From positions 97,588,001-97,652,000 of the forward strand of contig OX597815.1 of the NCBI GenBank assembly GCA_951406725.2: 64,000 nt of DNA. Reading direction: 5' to 3'. How positions within the stretch are numbered: position 1 is the stretch's first letter; the number at the start of each line of letters is the position of its first letter. The notes under the pieces are model-generated. The model was not told the DNA's origin. It saw only the letters and a list, made by a program, of their open reading frames with translations, and searched no databases. This document shows, in pieces, positions 55,160-64,000 of the stretch. The translations under genes were made by a program, and so were the position numbers. This stretch comes from Octopus vulgaris. Taxonomy: Eukaryota.

Positions 55160-57250
55160 TTGATGGGATACTTTCCTCTTTGATCTCTTTCGGGACAATG
55201 TTAAATAGGCCAGGGCCTGTTGAGGGAAAGAAATTATGCTGCTGTGTACATGTATGCTGTGATCTTGAATTGGGCAGGGGACGTATGGCCCGTGGTCCCA
55301 GTCTTGGATGAACCTTGAAGCCAATGTTCAAGTCGTTTGGGCAAAGTTGCCGGTATATTCTCCACATCGTACAAATGATGTACCGCTCAGCGCGACGCTG
55401 GAGATAGTAGAGTTTCAAGGCTTTAAAGCGGTCCCAATAATCGAGAGCATCCATGCCTCTATTCGTTTAGTGAGTGCCATCTGGGGTGATTCAATCCTCG
55501 AGATGTTTTGTCTTGTATGGGGAGACAACAGTGGCTGCAATATTCGAGTTGTGGCCGTTCAAAGGAGGAGAAAAGTGGCATGATGACACCTTGTTCTCTG
55601 GACCGGAAAGTTCTGAAGATCCAGGAACTCATCCGACGAGCTCTATCGACCTTATTGTTGATGTGTGCGCTCCAACTTAGATCGTCATCAACAATTACAC
55701 CCAGGTGTCTGATATTGTTAGAGGCTGTGAGCGGTTCCCCTGAAGGAAGAGAGTATGGCTGTTTTAGTGAGGAATTTCTTCCAAAATGCATCAGCTCAAA
55801 TTTTCCCTCGTTCAGTTGCATTTTGTTTCTGTCTGCCCATTGACTCACAGCATATAGATCAGACTGGAGTTGAGTTCGGTCTGCTTCTTCATTGATGATT
55901 TGCTGGAGCTTAGTGTCATCAGCAAATATTTTCACTTTTCAGTAATGTACGACACTGGAAAGGTCTTTTATGTAAATTATAAAGATTAGCGGGCCCAAGA
56001 CAATCCCCTGGGGGACACCATTGGTGACTTTTGCTGAGCTTGAGTGGAATCTATCGACTACAACATGTTGTGTTCTACTCGCCAGGAAATACATAATCCA
56101 GTGTAGAGGTTTTCCACGGATTCCAACATTTGCCAATTTTGAGGGAAGGACTTTATGGTCAACCCTGTCGAACGCTTTACTGAAGTCAAGATGTATGACA
56201 TCAGCGTTCCAGCCTGTTCCCAAGGCTTAGAGTTCATATTCTATGTGGTGTAAGAGCTGTGTTAGACAGTCCCTGCCACAGTGAAAGCCATGATGATTTG
56301 CATTTAGGAGTTTGTGGGTCTCCAGGAAGTCAGCTATCCTTGATCTTAACACTCTTTCAAACACTTTAATGATGTGGGAGGTGAGTGATATTATACGATA
56401 GTTAACTGCGAGGGATCTGTTTCCCTGTTTGAAAACCGGGATGACAGACTGGGATAGAAGCTGTTTCAGTATATAACCTGAGTCTAACGAATTTCTCCAG
56501 AGGTTGGTCAGAGGGACTGCAGTTGGTGTCTACATTCCTTCAGGAGACTAGCGGGGAATCTATCAGGGCCTACAGTAGAATAGTATTTGACCTCATTTAT
56601 TGCTGCTATGATGTCAGAGGCAGTGAAGATTATGGCTGGGATTTTATGTTGGGAATCAACTTCGTTCGCTTCTCTTACGTCAATATTAGTGGGAACACTA
56701 AAGACAGAGCAGTATTGTTTCTGCATTATTTCTGCCATTTCTTTAGCATCGTGTTGGGGAATGCCGTTATCATCAATCAATGGCCCAATGGGTGAGACAG
56801 TGGTTCTATGCTTATTTGCATAAGAATAGAACACTTTGGGGTTCTATTTGATGTTTTTGATTACTCACTATTCCTCCACAGCTCTTTGATTTTCAATGGA
56901 GGTTTTCATGTCGGTCTGCAGATGAAGTTTTTCCAACTCTAGCCTTTTCATTGTTGTTGGATGTGGATGTTGTATGTGGGAATATTTTAATTGGTTGATT
57001 ATTTATTGAGTCTTTTGATGCGCCTGATGAGTGTTTTTTTTCTTTTTAGGGAGCCGGTTTCTGTTTGTGTTAATAGATTTCGTAGGAGCGTGTTTAGAGC
57101 ATGTATAGGTGACAATGTTTTCAAAGTGCTGCCATGCGGTTTCAATTTGGGTGGAGTTGAGAGTAAAAGACCCGTCAATGAAAAACAGATCCTTTCTGAT
57201 TGCTCCCCAGTCCGCTTTGTGGAAGTTTATGTTGTCAAAATAGTGTCAAA
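55160..57250 (-). mobile_element. 5'-truncated CR1/L2-group LINE, ORF2 RT pseudogene
   Basis: NYRIISLTSHIIKVFERV; DVIHLDFSKAFDRVDH; GVPQGIVLGPLIFIIYIKDL; KIFADDTKL; RPQLEYCS; DYWDRFKALKLYYLQRRAERY. A few stops and frameshifts. Confidence 0.95.
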
Positions 57251-57280
57251 ATAGTGCCTTATATATATACATACATATAT

Positions 57281-57318
<38 letters not shown>

Positions 57319-57334
57319 ACATATATATGTGGGG

Positions 57335-57600
57335 GAACGGATGTGTGGTAAGTAGCTTGTTTACAAACCACATGGTTTCGGGTTCAGTCCCACTGTGTGG
57401 CACCTTGAGCAAGTGTCTTCTACTCTGACCTCGGGCCGACCAAAACTTTGTAAGTGGATTTGGTAGACGGAAACTAAAAGAAACCCATCGCTTGACAACC
57501 CATGGTAGTGTGTATACGTTTCCGTAAGGTAGCGGTTCGGCTAAATATAACGATACAAGACGTACTAGACTTACAGACAATAAGTGCTGGTGTCGTTTTT
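57335..57600 (+). mobile_element. SINE family A
   Basis: tgtgtggtaagtagcttg..gggttcagtcccactgtgtggcaccttgagcaagtgtcttctact..gtggatttggtagacggaaact. Confidence 0.88.
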
Positions 57601-58945
57601 TGCAAGCCGTACTTCGTTGGGTAACACAAAACAACTTTGGACCAAATAAAACATTTCGACAAGTCGAAAACACATATTTCTTGTATTCGAACAGTAAAGA
57701 CATAATATGATCCCATATTTCTGCCTCTTATTTTATCGCCGCAAACACAAATCATCGACATTACATCTGATAACGCCGTAAAACTCAAAAGCATGTGCAG
57801 AAGAATCAATTATAGCTTATATCAGTAAAAACAGTTGAAATCAACTGTTATTTTATTATAATTTATTGCATACTCATCCAGTTTTTTGTATCTGATTTGT
57901 ATATCTATATACTGCCACTGACAACTCACATAACTGCACCTACCTGCCCCTCGTCATATATGCATACGTACATGTACACACACACACATATCAATATATA
58001 TATGCATATGTATGTCTGTCAATGTGAATGTGTGTATATCTGTACATATGAGCATATACCTATCTGTCAATCAAAAGTATATAAAACGAGCTCTAATACA
58101 GAACAGAATAGAAATAGAAATTTTATCTACAATTAACAGCGAAAGATATAAAATATGGAAGGAACAGTGATTCTAAGTATAAAAGACAAGGACATTTTTT
58201 AGATGAATGACATTAAAACACGAGACGGAGTCCGCTAGTTATTTTCCTGTCTAGCTTGAAAAATTCAAAGTACAATAGGCAATATTTTGCAGAAATCTAT
58301 ATGGCTAACGTTTGTTAGTATCTGAACGAAAGGATATTTTTCTTTGAAGTTTTTGCATATATTGTAAGTCAACTTTATCCCTTAATTGCTTCTATTAGCT
58401 CAAACATATATATGTATATATTGTGTTTGGAAGATAAGAACAATGACAGCATCGAATCTACCGCCATTACAAATACTAGAAATATGAGTATTGATAATGT
58501 TAATATTCTTTATAGACAAATTAATTCCTTTTCTTGTCAAAACACAATGCATACTGACAAAGAGTAAAACATGTTTTGTAATGCTTACGTATATAAAAAT
58601 ATATGCGTGCAGTATATTATATAATACACTCAAACATATACACAGTGCTACTCCAGCATGGCTGCGGCTCTCATGCTGTAACAGTATAAGAGTCAGAGAG
58701 TTATATAAAGGGCAAGGAGACGGAAGTCTGTGAGAAAGAAAGGAAGATAAATGTAACAGATAACACGCATATATGTGTGAATGTGTGACGACATATTCGT
58801 GTGTGCGTGTGTGTGTGCATATATATATGTGTGTGTACATGTATGTGTATATATATATGCCTTAATATACATACACACATACATACATACTCACATACAT
58901 ACATACATGCACACATACATACATACATACAACCATACATACATA

Positions 58946-60120
58946 TTGGTTCATCCCATAAATAATGCGCTTGCTGCATTCCATGAACTAAAATTCGGAG
59001 AGAGATGGGATAAACTACCTCAACAACATGCTATAAAAAGTAGGTATTAATTTTTCCTTGTCCGTATACTTAGTGAATGTTCTGACGAGCGCAGTTCGAT
59101 TTTAACAGCTATTTTTTCAAAGCTATAATGGAAGTGACAACGGAAAATATTCGGTATATTATGCTTTCTGAGTTCAAAAGTAACAACGCAACGGAAAGTG
59201 CGAGGAATATTAATGCAGTACATGGGGATCGGACAATAAGTGTAAGCCAGTGTCAACGATGGTTCCAGAAATTCCAAGCCGGAAACTACAGCCTAGAATA
59301 TGAGCCTCGTCTTGGAAGATCTGCAGAGCTCGACGAGGAGTGCTGTAAAACCTGTTGGAACAAAATTACAATGTAACTGAATTGGCAGGGAAGCTTGGAT
59401 TTGGTCTTTCAACTATTCATCGACGCCTGCGTCCCATTGGAAAAGTCAGCAAGTTGGGTCAATGGCTTCCTCAGAAACTTTCCGAATCTTATCGCGCACA
59501 GAGAGTAAATGTGTGCTCTTCTCTGCTGAGTAGGGAAAGGAGAAACACCAGCATGCCAGGCTAAAGAAGGTCTTCACACACGTAAGGTGTTGTTTGTTCG
59601 GTAGAATAAGCAAGGTTTAGCACACTTTGATCTTTTAAAACCCAAACCAAACGGAAACAAAGATCTACTGCGAGCAGCTTGTGCGGCTTAAGTCAGTGCT
59701 AGAAGAAAAACAACTATATTTGGTTTCAAGACGAAATGTGTTCTTCCATTAGGATAATACTGGGCCACATACAGTGAGGATGACATTCGAAAGGCCAGAG
59801 CAGTTTGAATGAGAAACGATGCCCCACCCACCATATCTGCCGGACATTACCCCATCTGATTATCATTTGTTCTGGAGTCTTCAAAATTATTTACTCAGAA
59901 GAAGAATATGAATTCTGTAGACGAGATCAGATCAGTACTGGAGGAGAATTTTTCGTAACGGACAAGTGAATTTTGGAAGAAGGGCTTGCAAATCTACCAG
60001 ATAGATAGAAGAGCATTGTAGAACATGAAGGAGAGTATATTCTGGATTAAAAAAGAACTTCGTTCATCTTAATTTTGAAATATAGAAGTATAAAACTCCT
60101 TTTTTTATAGGCTGACCCAA
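58946..60120 (+). mobile_element. mariner element with both TIRs, TA target-site duplication, internal deletion and a dead transposase
   Basis: TA|ttggttcatcccataaataatgcg ... ctccttttttataggctgacccaa|TA. Protein fragments: QCQRWFQKFQAGNYSLEYEPRLGR, KLGQWLPQKLS (WVPHEL), FH*DNTGPH, PHPPYLPDITPSDYHLF (YSPDLAPSD). The first-D (DEKW) segment is missing near 59545. Confidence 0.95.
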
Positions 60121-60310
60121 TATACACACACACATACATACATACATACATACATACATACATACATACACACACACATACACACATACACACATACACA
60201 CATACACACATACATACATACATACATACATACATACATACATACATACATACATACATACATACATACATACATACATACATACATACATACATACATA
60301 CATACATACA

Positions 60311-62338
60311 AGACGGAGGTGTGGGGATGTGCCGAACAACTTTTAACAAACATAGCTGTACTTTCTGAAGTAAGAAAACAACGCAAAAGCCTTGGGAGAG
60401 CATGGCTTGACTATAAGAAAGCATTCGAGTCTATCCCTCATCCATGGTTTTTGAAGTGTCTACGTCTGGCAAAAGATATCTACTACCTTAATTGTTGCTA
60501 TAGAAAGACTTACAAAGTCATGGACAACTACATTACAAAGGGAATATTCCAGGGAGATAGTCTTTCTGTACTTCTTTTCATTTTGGCACTGAATCCATTA
60601 TCGTTCCTACTGTAGAAAACAAATTGTTACATGCTAGGATCTTCAAGTGCCAGAAATATCAATGTAACTCATATTTTCTTTGTAGACGACCTGAAGATTT
60701 ATTCTAAAAGTGTTAAAAATGCAAAATAACAACTGGAGTTAATAACATTTTCAGCTGATATAGGCATGGAATTTGGCCAAACAAAATGTTCATCTTTGGT
60801 TATAGAACGAAGATAGGTCAGTCCCTCAAACCCATAACCTGTGCATCAACGGTCTCTGTATCTCTCTCATTCCGCACAAAGCATGTTGCAAGTACCTAAA
60901 CATAGATGAAAATGTATCAAAAATGTATCATATGAAAGCACTGTGAATAAAGATAGAGTGGCCCGGGAATATAACACCAGAGTTATGAAAATATGGCAGT
61001 TGGAACTCTTCTCTTACAATAAAACAATATCCCACAATGCATTTGCAGTACTAGTGCTGCTCCCAACATTTGGCATACTTAATTGTTCTGTAGAGGAAAT
61101 CCACTCCATAAGTTTCAAAACCTGCAAAATCCTGACAACAACAACAGAGACTGTGATATTGCCAAGCACTACCTAAGAAAAGATGTATATGGTAGAGTCC
61201 TGAGATCAGTGCAGACGGCCTTAGAATGCCGCATGGTATCACTCAGGCAGCAACGGCTAAAGAACAGCAGCAAAAATAAATATATTAACGCATTTCTGAA
61301 ACGTGAAGTGAGCAACATTGAACGAGTTTGCAGTGAACTCAAGAAACACTCTTGATGATCTCCTATATAACCTCAAAACAGCTGGGCTCTCTTATCTCAG
61401 AGAAGACCTGGATGGAAAGCACGTAGCATGCAAAAAAATAAAACTATGCATGGGTATGTTTCCCTGAAGCTTGAAGACAGTAGAATTGACACAAAGCGCA
61501 GCCTTTCTTGGACAGAAGACCACCACATCACTTCACAATTTGAAGGCTATGCGTTTGCAATCCAGGAATAGGAGATTACCACAAAGTACCTGATGAACGG
61601 GAGAGACAGTGATGCTCTTGTAATACCAAGGTGCAACCGCATGTGTAGGCTATATCATGTTTCTCTGGAAGACACTACGCATGTTATTACCAGCTGTCCT
61701 AAAATGTCGTCACGGTACTACGTCTCGATGCGGCATGATGTTGTTGCTAAAACAATTTATAAGGCTCTCCGCAAATAAGACTGTACTGAAATAAACTTAG
61801 AAAATACCTGCTATGGAATACATTCATTAACACCAACTCAAGGAATACTAGTGAAATAGATCCATTAAAACTTTTTTCAAATGTAAGCATAACAGGCTGG
61901 ATATTATTGTTTGGGACAGAGAGGCAAAGGTATGTACCATTATATGAGTTAGCTGCCCTGCAGATATAAATCTCTCTTTGAAAATCAAAGAGAAAGAGGA
62001 AATCTATGGACAACTGCTTCGAAACCTCCAGCTTCTGTATCCAGACTATGAACTCATATTCATACTAATAATAATTGGAGCATAGGATTTGTTAGTAAAT
62101 GCTTAAAGGAAGATCTTGATAAAGGGGGAATTTCAGAAAGAGAAATTGACTGGCTGATTCGTACATTACAAGTCCAATCTGTGAATGGAACAGCGAGGAT
62201 ATGCAAGACTTTTCTCAAGTTCCAAATGTGAATTTGTTTGTATTAACTAGATCCGAAAGATGGAGCTTTGCATCTTTGTTGGAAACCGGCAACTCCCACC
62301 TCAGTGGAAGATTTATATCAATTAAAAAATAAAAGAGA
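60311..62338 (+). mobile_element. 5'-truncated Dong/R4-like non-LTR retrotransposon (RT, CCHC and restriction-like endonuclease)
   Basis: GCAEQL, AWLDYKKAFESIPH, KGIFQGDSLSVLLF, HIFFVDDLKIY, CRLYHVSLEDTTHVITSC, RHDVVAK, HNRLDIIVWD..VSCP..KEKEEIY. (TACA)n on both sides. Confidence 0.92.
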
Positions 62339-62967
62339 CATACATACATACATACATATATACATATGACCAGACTATCAGGTGTTTTTATACATAGCGA
62401 TTCACATTACACCTCGCATGTTTTTGCATTCGAATGATGCCACTCCGTTAACAAATGGACTAGAGGAACGTAAAATGAAGTGCTTTGCACAAGAACTCTG
62501 CATACTAGCTGCTCGCAGACCCGAACCACCATCCAGCAATCATTAGTCTAATCACAAAGCCACTTACCTATGTAAATATATATGCGCGCGTGCATGAGCG
62601 TGTGTGCTTGCGCGTGCGCACTTTTGTTCGTCAGCCAAAAAATTAATCTCACATTGTTCTATGATCACTTCGACATTCAACGTGTGGCACAATCTGAACC
62701 CGTATACACAATGTCGATTTGATGGTGAGAGAAATCTAATGAAATAATACAAATATAGTTACAAATCATCTGTACATGCTGTATATAGAGATACGCTCTC
62801 ACACACACTCACATGCAAAGCTTATATAATTACATAAATTCCAAGATTCACATTTATAGACATTTAACTTTTCAACTTACGCGCATATCGGCACTACATG
62901 TTATATATATTTCACCAATATAAAGTAATACTTTTGAACACACTTGCATATATATATATATATATAT

Positions 62968-63001
<34 letters not shown>

Positions 63002-63069
63002 ATATATATATATATATAATATCGATATTTAAATACCGATATTATCCTTATTTATAAATATATATACAC

Positions 63070-63103
<34 letters not shown>

Positions 63104-63110
63104 GTATATA

Positions 63111-63144
<34 letters not shown>

Positions 63145-64000
63145 CAGTTCACATTTACAGAAAACATGACGGAGACAGCTGAAGGAATCAAAAACAGCTG
63201 TATTTCATGTCTCGATCCCACAGTCTTTGACAGAAAGACTGAAAGGGCGAAAGATGTAGAGAGAACAAAAGAGAGAGTGAGAGAGAGAGAGAAATATGTG
63301 TAGGAGACTAACAGTTCAACATTATGAAATGAACGTTAAGTACAGGCTGAGTGAAAGGGACGTAATGATGTTGACGCAGCTGAACTAGAGTGCGCAAACG
63401 CGTGTATAGGTAAGAATAATGTGTGTGGGTGTGTATGTGTGTGTGAGGGTGAGCACCTGTGAGTTTGTGTGTGTGTGTGTATGTATATATGTATATATAC
63501 ACACATACATATATACTATCCTTTGCCTTACTTGATACTCTCTTTGCAATTTACATCACTCTCTCAATCTCTTTCTCTCTCACGCTGTCTCTCTTTGTCT
63601 TTCTTTCTTCTCCTTATTTCAAGTAAAAATTTATGCGTATCAGCTTTCTCTGGAATGAGCCCTCACACTCTATCAACTATCTTATTTACCTATTTTATAC
63701 AAGATGAATTCCATGACAATATTTCGATTAACATCCGAATAATTTGTCGTATTTCCAAATCCCTTTGCTTGTTCTCCACCTAAGCACAACTGCCATATTT
63801 AGTGTAGCTTCAGGCATTTATAACTTCTTGCTTCACGCTTCAATCTGAAATTCTTTCTTCTTATTCTCACTACCATAACAACATCGTCTTCCATACACAC
63901 ACACATAGACACACATACACACAATGCAACACATCCAACTCCCACATTAAACATTCACTTCGAATCTTTAAATCTACTATTGCTGCTGTTACTACTACTA

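Overview
AT-rich, microsatellite-dense animal genomic DNA. The SINE, Penelope and microsatellite content resembles an octopod cephalopod; this is an inference from recalled repeat families, not a database result. The only host coding sequence I can support is two in-frame, phase-0 exons (7471-7668 and 32909-33070, + strand) of a kainate-like (non-NMDA) ionotropic glutamate receptor. They encode the S1 ligand-binding lobe and pre-M1 and are separated by a ~25.2 kb intron. I found neither flanking exon by eye, so the rest of the window is probably intronic. It holds decayed transposons (Tc1 DD34E, mariner, hAT, pogo/Tigger, two non-autonomous Helitrons, Tx1/L1, CR1-like and Dong/R4-like LINEs, Penelope-like elements), several tRNA-derived SINE families, and many fold-back palindromes. 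The most interesting signals are: minimal hammerhead ribozyme motifs with variant cores, including a fully paired U3-A8 version; a back-to-back tRNA-like palindrome; a Dong/R4-like LINE inside a (TACA)n tract; and an ORF1-only Tx1/L1 derivative. I cannot establish a new biological system from the sequence alone. Most ORFs in the supplied track are microsatellite artefacts. Repeat boundaries are approximate unless a junction is quoted.
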